Shown here: piece by piece, positions 27,600-36,598 of the stretch
Numbering within the stretch: position 1 is the first letter of the stretch
Layout: every line of letters begins with the position of its first letter
Source of the DNA: Bacteroidota bacterium
GTDB taxonomy: Bacteria > Bacteroidota > Ignavibacteria > Kryptoniales > JAKASW01
DNA: 64,000 bases
Direction of reading: 5' to 3'
Assembly (NCBI GenBank): GCA_021812985.1
Contig: JAKAMG010000012.1
Location: forward strand, 15,521-79,520
Translations under genes and position numbers: made by a program
Notes under the pieces: generated by a model
Databases searched by the model: none
Seen by the model: only the letters and a program-made list of their open reading frames with translations
Told to the model about the DNA's origin: nothing

Positions 27600-28925
27600 A
27601 TGACAGAGAATTCTCAGACAAAGAACTGGTATTTATCCCTCTTCAAGGATTTTGAAGCCCGATTGAACGGTGAAAGATCGAAGCCGGTCCATGCGCTTCG
27701 AAGGGCCGCCATGGACAGGTTTGCTCAGATCGATTTCCCCAGCCTCCGCGATGAGGAATGGCGTTTCACCGACATAAGCCCTCTCTTAAAGCACTCCTTC
27801 TCGTACTCCGCAAAGAAAGAGGGAATGGTCCCATCGCGTGACGATATCTCACGTTTCCTCTTTGGAGGATTTGAGAGCCACGTCGTCGTTTTCGTGAACG
27901 GATTTTACTCGGGAAGCCTGTCGAGGCTCCTACCACTTCCAAAAGGAGTCGTGATAGGAAGTCTGGCTGAATCTCTTAAGGAAGACGATGGGAGGATTAG
28001 CGCGCATCTTTCCGACCAGGTCGGTTCCGGGCTCGACGCCTTCACCGCGCTTAACCTCGCGTTTACGCTCGATGGCCTGTACATAAATGTTCCGGGCGGT
28101 GCCGTTGTCGACCGGCCCGTTCACGCCCTTTTCGTTTCGGCTGGAGACGAAAAGATCATCTCTCAGCCGCGTAATCTGATAGTAGCAGGAAAGAATTCGC
28201 AGATAAGGCTCATAGAGCACTACGTAACCCTCAGGAGCGGCGAATACTTCACGAACTCGGTCACCGATGTCGTAATCGAGGGAAATGCCGTGGTCGACAC
28301 GGTAAGACTGCAGTCGGAAAATTTGGAGGCCTACCACGTTGCGACAACCACCGCATTTGTTCACACGAACGGAACCTACGAGTCGCACGCGGTTTCAAAC
28401 GGGGCGAGCATTTACAGGCACAACCTGAACGTCGCCCTGAACGGCGAGGGCGCAAGCACAACTCTCGAAGGGCTATATCTAACTGCCGGAGATCAGCTCT
28501 CGGACACACATTCGATGATAGACCATGCCGCTCCGAACTGCACGAGCGGCGAGCATTACAAAGGAATACTCGACGGAAACTCGAGGGCGGTCTTCAATGG
28601 CAAGATAATGGTTCGCCAGGGGGCGCAAAAGACGAGCTCATATCAGGAGAACCGCAACATCATCCTTTCCGAGGAGGCTAAGGTGGATACGAAGCCTCAG
28701 CTCGAGATCTTTGCAGATGATGTCAAGTGTTCACACGGCGCAACCGTGGGCCAGCTCAGCAAGGAATCACTTTTCTACCTAAAATCGAGGGGAATCGGTG
28801 AGGAGCAGGCCAAGCTTATACTGATTTACGCGTTCGCGAGCGACGTGCTGAAGAATATAAAAGAAGACGAAGTCCGGGTCGAGCTCGAAAAAGTCCTCTC
28901 GACCAGGTTCTTGAAGGGGATTTGA
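27600..28925 (+). CDS. sufD: Fe-S cluster assembly protein SufD
   Basis: C-terminal beta-helix motifs FNGKIMVRQGAQKTSSYQENRNIILS, KPQLEIFADDVKCSHGATVGQL and FYLKSRGI. Confidence 0.9.
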   Translation: MTENSQTKNWYLSLFKDFEARLNGERSKPVHALRRAAMDRFAQIDFPSLRDEEWRFTDISPLLKHSFSYSAKKEGMVPSRDDISRFLFGGFESHVVVFVNGFYSGSLSRLLPLPKGVVIGSLAESLKEDDGRISAHLSDQVGSGLDAFTALNLAFTLDGLYINVPGGAVVDRPVHALFVSAGDEKIISQPRNLIVAGKNSQIRLIEHYVTLRSGEYFTNSVTDVVIEGNAVVDTVRLQSENLEAYHVATTTAFVHTNGTYESHAVSNGASIYRHNLNVALNGEGASTTLEGLYLTAGDQLSDTHSMIDHAAPNCTSGEHYKGILDGNSRAVFNGKIMVRQGAQKTSSYQENRNIILSEEAKVDTKPQLEIFADDVKCSHGATVGQLSKESLFYLKSRGIGEEQAKLILIYAFASDVLKNIKEDEVRVELEKVLSTRFLKGI

Positions 28926-28991
28926 TGAAGCCGAGGACCCGATCCGAATCCGGACAAAGATTAAACCAGAGCCACAACTTAAGAGGTTGAA

Positions 28992-29312
28992 ATGGAAAGT
29001 GTGGAGAGAAAGGCTCTTGAAGATAGAGTAATTGACGCGGTGAAGGAGTGCTATGATCCTGAGATCCCCGTGAATATCTGGGAGCTCGGCCTGATCTACG
29101 AGGTGAACGTCGGCGATGATTCCATCGTGAACATCAAGATGACGCTCACCGCCCCCGGTTGTCCGGCGGCACGCTCTCTCCCCATAGAAGTGCACGAGAG
29201 GGTGGCACAGATACCGGAGATCAGCGACGTCAAGGTCGAGGTAGTTTGGGAACCACCCTGGACGCCCGAGATGATGTCCCAGGAAGCAAAATTAGAATTA
29301 GGATTCATGTGA
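28992..29312 (+). CDS. sufT: SUF-associated DUF59/MIP18-family Fe-S assembly protein (SufT-like)
   Basis: VIDAVKECYDPEIPVNIWELGLIY...MTLTAPGCPAA...VEVVWEPPWTPEMMS is the DUF59 signature with its conserved Cys. Confidence 0.85.
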   Translation: MESVERKALEDRVIDAVKECYDPEIPVNIWELGLIYEVNVGDDSIVNIKMTLTAPGCPAARSLPIEVHERVAQIPEISDVKVEVVWEPPWTPEMMSQEAKLELGFM

Positions 29313-29313
29313 T

Positions 29314-29793
29314 ATGAAGATAAGTGCACAGGAAGAGTACGGACTGCGCTGCCTGCTGCGCATCGGAAGCTCAGAAGCTCCCGAAGGTCTGACAATACCA
29401 GACATCAGCAGGCTCGAGGCGTTGAGTTCAGCAAATGTTGCGAAGCTACTGAGGATACTCAGGCTCGGGGGGTTCATCGAAAGCGCGCGCGGCCGCTCAG
29501 GCGGCTACAAGCTGGCGAAGCCCGCCGATCAGATCGTCATAGGAGAGGTACTCGCCGTCCTCGGCGGAAGAATATACAACCCGTCATTCTGCGATTCACA
29601 TTCCGGCATGAATACTGTCTGCGGCCACATAATAGACTGCTCGATGAGATCACTTTGGCGCGCAGTGCAGAACGCAGTGGATGTGGTCCTCAGCAAAATG
29701 ACGCTCAAGGACATGCTCAGCAACGAGAAGATCGTGAACGATCTGGTGACAACTTTGAACGCAAGCTTGCTGGAAAACCAGGCGGTCGGCTGA
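29314..29793 (+). CDS. Rrf2-family transcriptional regulator (IscR/SufR-like)
   Basis: MKISAQEEYGLRCLLRIG...LTIPDISRLEALSSANVAKLLRILRLGGFIESARGRSGGYKLAKP. A three-Cys cluster follows (FCDSHSGMNTVCGHIIDC). Confidence 0.9.
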   Translation: MKISAQEEYGLRCLLRIGSSEAPEGLTIPDISRLEALSSANVAKLLRILRLGGFIESARGRSGGYKLAKPADQIVIGEVLAVLGGRIYNPSFCDSHSGMNTVCGHIIDCSMRSLWRAVQNAVDVVLSKMTLKDMLSNEKIVNDLVTTLNASLLENQAVG

Positions 29794-29885
29794 CCGCCTC
29801 TGCCCCCCGGAAAGGACGGACTGACTTCAGCTCGGATGGCTCGGCCCCTGCCACTTTCTCCACCGAGTCGCGATCCGGGACCCGG

Positions 29886-31139
29886 TCAGTAAAGAAAATA
29901 CTCCTTCCTTGAATTCGCGAACTTCGCGAGTTCCTCTCTCCAACCGGATGCCACTTCAGCGTAACCGGCGCCTGCCTCGATCATATCCCTGACCTTTTTG
30001 TTTCCCACGAGACGATTGAAAGCGCCGTCCGCCCGGAACATAAGTTCAACGCTGTGCAGCTTTCTTATCTCGCATATTATCGACAGGCCAACCTCAACAG
30101 GCTTCAACACGTTCCTGTCCTTCACCGCAACTTCGACTCCATGGCACAGTATGTCCTTGAATCTCGGATGAGAGACGATGGTCAGTTCCCTCGGTGTGAA
30201 ATCCACAGGGTTAAATTCCACCCCCGGCAACTCGTTCGAGTTTAGCGCGTCCGCGAGTTTCCTTTTGTCGACGAACGGCGCGCCTATAAACCTGAAAGGC
30301 GATCGGGTTCCTCTTCCTTCGCTCAGGTTCGTCCCCTCTATCAGCGCGGTGCCCGGATATATCGCGGCGGTTTCTGGCGTTGGGATATTCGGGGAGGGGG
30401 GAAGCCAGGCTAACCCGGTTTCATCGTACCACATCGAGCGCGAATAGTTTTCGAGCTTCACGATTTTCAAATCGATAGCCAGGCCGGATTTGCCAAGGTG
30501 CTCCTTTCTGATAAGGCCAGCGAGTTCACCGGCAGTCAGACCGTACAACACAGGAAGCCGCAACATGCCGACAAAGGACTTCACTTCATCATCAAGCATC
30601 GGCCCGTCGATGATCAGCCCGGAGTTTACTAGCGGCCGGTCTAGCAGTATGAACCTGATACCCTTCTCCGCCGCCGCCTCCATCGCGAGGGCAAGAGTGC
30701 TGATGTATGTGTAGAACCTCACGCCGACATCCTGAATATCGTACACCAGAGTATCGATCCCGGAGAGCATCGATCCTTCAGGCTTGTTGTGCGAACCGTA
30801 CAGTGAGTAAACCTGTATGCCCGTCTGCGGATCCACCTCGTTCTCGACGTGTTTGCCGGCAGGGGCGTTACCCCTTATCCCGTGCTCAGGTGAGAAGAGC
30901 GCCTTTATCCTGACATCCGGGACGGCCCTCAAGGCGTCCACCACATGCCGTCCCCCTGGCAACACGCCGCTGTGGTTGGTGACAATCCCAATCTGCCTCC
31001 CTTCTATGAGGTTCATTTGGGACTCAATCAGCCTCTCGCATCCAAGCTTCACTCGCGTTTCAGCGGGCCGGCATTGTCCGGCATTCGTTCCTGCAGCCGA
31101 TTCGCCCGCCGAGGTTTTATCCTTCATCGCTGTTTTCAC
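29886..31139 (-). CDS. DUF1343-family protein (NamZ-like exo-beta-N-acetylmuramidase family)
   Basis: IGIVTNHSGV and LVYDIQDVGVRFYTYISTL are DUF1343 hallmarks. The GTG start at 31139 overlaps the upstream stop (GTGA). An alternative ATG lies at 31127. Confidence 0.8.
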   Translation of the reverse strand: MKTAMKDKTSAGESAAGTNAGQCRPAETRVKLGCERLIESQMNLIEGRQIGIVTNHSGVLPGGRHVVDALRAVPDVRIKALFSPEHGIRGNAPAGKHVENEVDPQTGIQVYSLYGSHNKPEGSMLSGIDTLVYDIQDVGVRFYTYISTLALAMEAAAEKGIRFILLDRPLVNSGLIIDGPMLDDEVKSFVGMLRLPVLYGLTAGELAGLIRKEHLGKSGLAIDLKIVKLENYSRSMWYDETGLAWLPPSPNIPTPETAAIYPGTALIEGTNLSEGRGTRSPFRFIGAPFVDKRKLADALNSNELPGVEFNPVDFTPRELTIVSHPRFKDILCHGVEVAVKDRNVLKPVEVGLSIICEIRKLHSVELMFRADGAFNRLVGNKKVRDMIEAGAGYAEVASGWREELAKFANSRKEYFLY

Positions 31140-33004
31140 TTTGATCCATTATTGAAAACCTGAAATTCAAATATTGAATAGCTCGATATTGCGGTTGAGC
31201 CCCTGGAACCGCTCAACTTTATGTATCGTCCGCGCGTCGGCCTGAAATCAATCTGTTCTGTACCACCATGGCCATCGCCTTCGCTGAAAACTCTTTTCCA
31301 ATGTCTTCCATCTACCGATACCGAGAGCTTGAAATCAATCCCGTAACCTTCGGCCCAGCGTATGACGACGCGGTCGAAACGTCGCGGACGCCCGAGGTCT
31401 ACCTGAAACCATTCCGGGTCCATCCCCTTCTCCGCTCCCCAAAGGGCTGCAGACGCCCAGCGTGTATAGTCTTTACCGTCGACGGCGCTCGATGGACCGA
31501 AATTCGGACCGTTCTTCGCGCTCGTGGAGGCCGTTGCTCGGGCTTGCAACGCAAGGTTTTCAGGAGGGAGCTCGGTCCCCTCCCTCAGTAGGTGAAGGAC
31601 GACCAGTGAATAGGGAGGGATTCTCGGAACGAAACTCCTCCTGCCGCGCCGCAAGTCAGGAAGACGATCGAGCCTGTGCTTCGAATTGAGCATCCACACG
31701 GCTGCTGAATCTTCCGGATCAAAACCTCCGAGCTCAATCGCGACTTCTTTCGAGCGCCGCCTGTCCTTGTTGATAAGGATGACTGAAAGAGTATCCCTGG
31801 AATAAAGACTCGAATACACAGATAGAGACTTATCCGGCGAGTATGAACGCACGACATTGGTTCCGAATAGTCGCGTGTACGCTGGAAAGACATAGTAGTT
31901 GAAGCTCGGTGTGTTTTTCCCGTCCTCGGAAAGTATTCCGTAGTCGCCATGTCGCGGGGGGTAGGAGTTATGGAGTGCCCAGTAACATGAGACGGATTCT
32001 CCTAGCTCGGCCATAGTGCCGAGAAGATCTCCAACCCAAAGGGCATTAGCCATAGATAAAGTGATCGGTCCGGGTCGGCCATTGACGGAGTTGTAGCCAA
32101 CATCCGCGATCCACATCGTGTCTGCCCTCTCTTTCCCGTGAATCGGATCGACCTTCGGAAGCGTCTTCCGCAGCGCGCTGCGGATGGCGCTGTAGTCGTG
32201 TCTGTAACCCTGCAAGCTTGCGAAAAGCGAATCAGGATCTTCGTCTTTGTTCGTCAGCGGATAATAGGAAAACGTAACCATGTCTATGTAATTGCCGGCA
32301 ACCTTCAACAGGCGGCACGTCCAGTCGTTCGGATCATCCGACGGCTTTACATCAGCCGCAACCTTGATGGTCGGATCGACTGTCTTCATTGCTTTTGCGA
32401 ACTCGATGAATCGTTCCGCGTACTTCTCCGGCGTTGTGTGCCCCGCGGCCCAGGCTCCCCACTGCTCGTCGCCGATCTCCCAGTATTTTATGCCGTAGTC
32501 CTTGATTTTGTTGCAGTATCTGACCCACTCGGCTGCGAGCGCGGGAGGCTGGTTGAAATTGATCGTGATAAACCCCTGGGCCCCGACGGTTTTCAGAAAC
32601 GCCGCGTATTCATCCGTATTCATTTCACCGGCGCTGTTGTCTTTGCTGTTCCATATGTAATGGTCAGCATCGTTCCCGCCGGGGTACTTGAGCAGTGTAA
32701 AACCAGCGTCCCTGACTTTTCTGATTGCGTCGCGATCGCAATCGAGAAGCATATCTCTTTCCGGACCTGGGAAGAGGTCTTCATCCCACCTTGCCACGTT
32801 GAGCCCGAAAAGGAATGGGCTTACGTGTGAAATGATCTTATCTGCATCCACGTTTACCGTGACTCGCCGTGCATGCGGCCTCACCGCGCCTCCTGAAGGC
32901 TCATCGGTGTGAGCGGAGGTACCACCAGGCTCAGCGCCCCTCACAACAATTGACAGAAACGCGATGGACAAAAGAAGTCCGAGTCCGAATGCAATTCTGT
33001 TCAT
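31136..33004 (-). CDS. secreted clan GH-A-like glycosidase with a C-terminal F5/8 type C (discoidin) domain
   Basis: Signal peptide MNRIAFGLGLLLSIAFLSIVVRG. (beta/alpha)8-type motifs LKYPGGNDADHYIWN and KYWEIGDEQWG. C-terminal discoidin domain: SSAVDGKDYTRWAS...WFQVDLGRPRRFDRVVIRW...FKLSVSVDGRHWKRVF. The GH family is not assigned. Confidence 0.65.
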   Translation of the reverse strand: MNRIAFGLGLLLSIAFLSIVVRGAEPGGTSAHTDEPSGGAVRPHARRVTVNVDADKIISHVSPFLFGLNVARWDEDLFPGPERDMLLDCDRDAIRKVRDAGFTLLKYPGGNDADHYIWNSKDNSAGEMNTDEYAAFLKTVGAQGFITINFNQPPALAAEWVRYCNKIKDYGIKYWEIGDEQWGAWAAGHTTPEKYAERFIEFAKAMKTVDPTIKVAADVKPSDDPNDWTCRLLKVAGNYIDMVTFSYYPLTNKDEDPDSLFASLQGYRHDYSAIRSALRKTLPKVDPIHGKERADTMWIADVGYNSVNGRPGPITLSMANALWVGDLLGTMAELGESVSCYWALHNSYPPRHGDYGILSEDGKNTPSFNYYVFPAYTRLFGTNVVRSYSPDKSLSVYSSLYSRDTLSVILINKDRRRSKEVAIELGGFDPEDSAAVWMLNSKHRLDRLPDLRRGRRSFVPRIPPYSLVVLHLLREGTELPPENLALQARATASTSAKNGPNFGPSSAVDGKDYTRWASAALWGAEKGMDPEWFQVDLGRPRRFDRVVIRWAEGYGIDFKLSVSVDGRHWKRVFSEGDGHGGTEQIDFRPTRGRYIKLSGSRGSTAISSYSIFEFQVFNNGSK

Positions 33005-33031
33005 CTATATCTGCTCCACACTCTAGTGGGA

Positions 33032-33214
33032 TTACTTCGGATTGCTTCCGTCCGCCCCCCCATCTCCCCTCTTCCCTGCTTTCGACAGTAGAGAGCGGAG
33101 GTCCTGAACACCGAAGACTGTAATTGCTAATGCTACAAGAAAGAAAGCAAAGGTGGAAACTCCGTACAATATCATCCAGAACCAGCTAATGGGCGACATT
33201 GTTATCCTCCGCAA
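33032..33214 (-). CDS. small single-pass membrane protein, possibly a symporter accessory subunit
   Basis: One TM helix (ISWFWMILYGVSTFAFFLVALAITVFGV) and a charged tail. It overlaps the 3' end of the SSS gene. An alternative start lies at 33199. The assignment rests on context only. Confidence 0.4.
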   Translation of the reverse strand: MRRITMSPISWFWMILYGVSTFAFFLVALAITVFGVQDLRSLLSKAGKRGDGGADGSNPK

Positions 33215-34706
33215 TTTGTTCCGCCTTGTGCACTTTGCTGAGATCGACCGGCGGATATTTCGACTGGGTCGCCAGAGAACCGATTATCATCCCCGCCGCG
33301 GAAAGGAAAAAGCTCAGGAAACCTGAGACGTTGACGTCAACTAAGAACATGAGGCTCTTGGGCAACTGGTCTTTGAAAAGTGACAACGACAAGAAAGCCA
33401 CAGGAGCTACCGCACCGAGAGCGAGTCCGGAGTATGCGCCTGCTACATTGGCCTTCTTCCAATAGAGCCCGGCAGTGACACATGCGAATGCCCCGGCAGC
33501 GTACATCGCCCCCGTCAGAGCCATATACTGAAACGCAGTCGACGGGATTTCATAGAAGAGTCCGAACACGAGCATGAATATTCCTATAACTCCGGCTATG
33601 ATTCTTGTCATCATGACGTTCCGGCTGTCAGAAAGTGGCGATTTCAGGAGCGGCGCGATGACATCTCTCGTCGCCACGGTGCTCCAGGCAAGGAGGTAGG
33701 CGCTGTACGTGGACATGGACGCCGCGAGCATACCTGCCACCATCAGTCCGAGAAGACCCGAGGGGATCACGGATCCGAGAAGGCGCGGCATCGCGATGAG
33801 TGAATTCATATGCGGGCCGAAGACGGCGAGAGCGGCTACCCCCCACAGCATCGGGATCATGTATCGTCCGGCGAGCGTAAAGCCTGTATAAAGAAACACC
33901 TTCCTTCCAACTTCAGGAGACTCCGAAGCGAACGACTTCGACACGGCCGGCTGGTTCAGAGCGGAAATTGCCACGCTCCCTATCAGCATCCAGAATATGA
34001 AGATCCATCCGAACTGCGGGTTCACGATGGGGTTGATGCCCGCGGTCCCGTACTGCGTCGCAACCACGCTTGCTATCGAAGCTATATTAACTTTCATGAG
34101 CACAAACGCCGTAGCGACAAGCATCCCAAAAGCAAGCACGACAAACTGTATGAAATCTGTTATGACAACCGAGAACATGCCCCCTAGAATTGTATAGCTC
34201 ACAACTATTACTAGCATGATCACCATCACCAGCGCTTTCTCTTGCTCCCCAAGCCCCATTGTCTCTGTAAGGAAGATGCCATCGAACTTCAGGAAGATGC
34301 CCATGTTGAGGACGCCGCCGAGAAAGAGGAGGACTCCGCCAAGCCACCTGACCGTACGGCTGTATCGGATCTCATAGAATTCCGGTATGGTTATCACTCT
34401 CAGTCTTCTGAGCCCCTCAACGATGAAACCGGTCTTGCCTATGACCATGTACCCGAAAAAGCCGATTACGCCAAGTATGAAGCAGGAGAAGCCGGTCAGA
34501 TAGCCGAGCTGACCGAAATACATGAATGTCACGACGCCGATTTCAGTCGCTATGAGCGTGGCGGAGCCGAGGGCAACCTTGACCTTCCTTCCCGCGACAT
34601 AGTACCCTTCCATACTCTCGACGTATCTTCTGGCCCTGAGTCCGACGAATACCGTGCCGGCCAGGTAAACGACGAGTATGAGCCAATCGATCAGATGAAA
34701 ATTCAT
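33186..34706 (-). CDS. sodium:solute symporter (SSS) family transporter
   Basis: A polytopic membrane protein of about 505 aa. The N-terminus MNFHLIDWLILVVYLAGTVFVGLRARRY is typical of SSS proteins. The ORF maximum 34778 is trimmed to Met25. Confidence 0.8.
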   Translation of the reverse strand: MNFHLIDWLILVVYLAGTVFVGLRARRYVESMEGYYVAGRKVKVALGSATLIATEIGVVTFMYFGQLGYLTGFSCFILGVIGFFGYMVIGKTGFIVEGLRRLRVITIPEFYEIRYSRTVRWLGGVLLFLGGVLNMGIFLKFDGIFLTETMGLGEQEKALVMVIMLVIVVSYTILGGMFSVVITDFIQFVVLAFGMLVATAFVLMKVNIASIASVVATQYGTAGINPIVNPQFGWIFIFWMLIGSVAISALNQPAVSKSFASESPEVGRKVFLYTGFTLAGRYMIPMLWGVAALAVFGPHMNSLIAMPRLLGSVIPSGLLGLMVAGMLAASMSTYSAYLLAWSTVATRDVIAPLLKSPLSDSRNVMMTRIIAGVIGIFMLVFGLFYEIPSTAFQYMALTGAMYAAGAFACVTAGLYWKKANVAGAYSGLALGAVAPVAFLSLSLFKDQLPKSLMFLVDVNVSGFLSFFLSAAGMIIGSLATQSKYPPVDLSKVHKAEQIAEDNNVAH

Positions 34707-34792
34707 GTGCCCTTCATATTTTAGAAATGAATCCTGAGAAGTGGACAGGTCGAGCGGACGGCACAGAGCGCGGAGCACATCGGCTCAGGAGC

Positions 34793-35767
34793 TCACTGCA
34801 AGTCTTTCTTCATGATCTCATACCGTCTCGTAACCCTCAGTCCACGATTGTAGTAGAAGTCTTTCGCGTGCCCGGAAGCCCACGCAAGCCAGAGATTTCG
34901 TTTCCCCTTCTCCTTCATGTAAAGCGCCGTTCTGTAGTAAAGGCAGGTCCCTACGCCCATTCCTGTGAGTGACTCGTCAATCGCGAAAGGGCCGAAGTGT
35001 TCATCCTCGTAATGGCTGAACCCGACAACACGGTCATCCTTCACTGCCACGAGTATTCTATCGCTACCCGGATCTCTCCTTAATTCCTCCAGTGCCACCC
35101 TGAAGAGATCCCCTGAGTAATTCGTTCCAAGGAAATCGAGCAATCCGGCTATATACTTTGGCTCGAACATGTGAATGTCAATTCCCTTTGAGTGCAACGA
35201 CCTGCAAAGCCGGTCCGCATCTGACGAGTATTCGTAGTCGAGGAGCGAACGCCCCATACTGTACACACGCTCGTGTTTTTTGTAACCGGCTTTCCTGAGG
35301 AGCGAGTAGCTCTCGGCATACGAGTCAACGTCTACGCCAGGGGCGAAATAGTTTGGAGTGTAAGACGAGACATAGACTTCTCTGACGCCGACGCCTTTCA
35401 GGAAACTCTCGGATGCGGCGATAAGGTCCTTCGCCACACCCCTCCTGCGGAATTCGGGATGTACGAAGAGGGCGGTAATCCACCCCTTTCCCTCCTCGAG
35501 GCCGGCACCGAAGTACGGATGCCTCCTCCTGATCGAAAGTGAGAACCCGACAATCTCGGATCCGGAGAAAGCCGTAAGGCAGCCGCGCGGATCGAAGTTT
35601 TCATCGAGCAGTATCTTTCGGCGAAACGTGTCGATCGTTACAGGATCGCGTGTCAGGCACCGGTTCCACAGGTTTACGATTTCAGCCTCGCACCCGCCGC
35701 CAAATGTTCTAATGGCGAGGGAGTCACCGGACTTTTTTCTCTTAGCGTGGGATACGGCCGGTTTCAT
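34793..35767 (-). CDS. tandem-GNAT N-acetyltransferase (two acetyltransferase domains, 324 aa)
   Basis: Acetyl-CoA loops are RRRGVAKDLIAASESFLKGVG (domain 1) and TGMGVGTCLYYRTALYMKEKG (domain 2). It is a paralog of 37832..38797. ATGA overlap with the upstream PIG-L gene. Confidence 0.75.
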   Translation of the reverse strand: MKPAVSHAKRKKSGDSLAIRTFGGGCEAEIVNLWNRCLTRDPVTIDTFRRKILLDENFDPRGCLTAFSGSEIVGFSLSIRRRHPYFGAGLEEGKGWITALFVHPEFRRRGVAKDLIAASESFLKGVGVREVYVSSYTPNYFAPGVDVDSYAESYSLLRKAGYKKHERVYSMGRSLLDYEYSSDADRLCRSLHSKGIDIHMFEPKYIAGLLDFLGTNYSGDLFRVALEELRRDPGSDRILVAVKDDRVVGFSHYEDEHFGPFAIDESLTGMGVGTCLYYRTALYMKEKGKRNLWLAWASGHAKDFYYNRGLRVTRRYEIMKKDLQ

Positions 35768-36597
35768 TGATCCAGGTTCCTCAATCTGATCTTCTTCTCA
35801 AACTTATCGATGTCGAAAGTCACCGCATGAGTATAACCTCCTTCGGCGCCGCGGACCGTTGCGAGCGACTTGTAATAGTTCAGGTATGGGAAGCTCGATA
35901 TCTTCCCACCGATGAACTCATACTTCGACACCGCCTTCGCCCAAACATCGAACGACTCCGTAACATCGACATATATATACGGCTCGTAGCCTTCCATGTC
36001 TTCCCAGTTTTCTGTGTAGAGTATCCGCCTCACTCCGCGCCAGGCTGGAAATTCGGTCTTTGAATAGGGAGTCACCGTTGAAACAGAAGGGAGACTCGCG
36101 AGAAGGACCGCATCCATGGTAACAGCATGGGCGTTTGAATGATCCGGATGGATGCTGTTTTTCCAATGCGTGATAATGTCAGTCGGCTTAACCATCCTGA
36201 TGACGTTTGCGACGTACTTTCTAGCTGTCTCGTCGTTCGGGAGTTCACCGTCCCTATACGGGCCGAAGATGGTCTCCCCGCCGAGGAGGCTGTCGACTTC
36301 AAGCGCCTCTCTCCTTTTCTGTTCGCCATATTTTCCGGCAGACATCTTGGGATTTCCTCCCTCACCAAGCGTGAGGTGCAGGAAAACGACCCTGTCGCCC
36401 AGCTGTGCCTGCTTTGCCAGGACAGCGCCACAGGCAATTTCCATGTCGCCGGCGTGCGCCCCGATCGCAAGAATTGTCCTTTGAGGATCTTTCATCTTTT
36501 CACCCTTCCTTACGCCATTGTTCCCATCCCCCTTCCAGCCGGTAAGAATAACAAGCAGAAGTGCGAGGATCGCGAGATAACCGAACGTTTGTTTCAT
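35764..36597 (-). CDS. PIG-L/LmbE-family de-N-acetylase
   Basis: LAIGAHAGDMEIACGA (a variant of AHPDDxE) and WKNSIHPDHSNAH (HPDH). The N-terminal 25 aa are hydrophobic (MKQTFGYLAILALLLVILTGW). An alternative internal start is MKDPQRT at 36495. Confidence 0.75.
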   Translation of the reverse strand: MKQTFGYLAILALLLVILTGWKGDGNNGVRKGEKMKDPQRTILAIGAHAGDMEIACGAVLAKQAQLGDRVVFLHLTLGEGGNPKMSAGKYGEQKRREALEVDSLLGGETIFGPYRDGELPNDETARKYVANVIRMVKPTDIITHWKNSIHPDHSNAHAVTMDAVLLASLPSVSTVTPYSKTEFPAWRGVRRILYTENWEDMEGYEPYIYVDVTESFDVWAKAVSKYEFIGGKISSFPYLNYYKSLATVRGAEGGYTHAVTFDIDKFEKKIRLRNLDQ

Positions 36598-36598
36598 G

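Noticed and set aside
29790-29889. A 7-bp inverted repeat CTGACCG/CGGTCAG bracketing the convergent gap between the Rrf2 and DUF1343 genes.
   Set aside because: Both arms contain the respective stop codons (TGA/TCA), are 90 nt apart and are only 7 bp long. This is most likely coincidental.
32138-32830. A 230-aa plus-strand ORF. Similar long antisense ORFs lie at 44101-44793, 45188-45895, 16536-17201, 62684-63331 and 3114-3602.
   Set aside because: Each lies opposite a gene with strong family signatures (GH/discoidin, nadK, aldolase, feoB, GH2, yggS). The translations are Arg/Pro/His-rich and motif-free. These are typical shadow ORFs.
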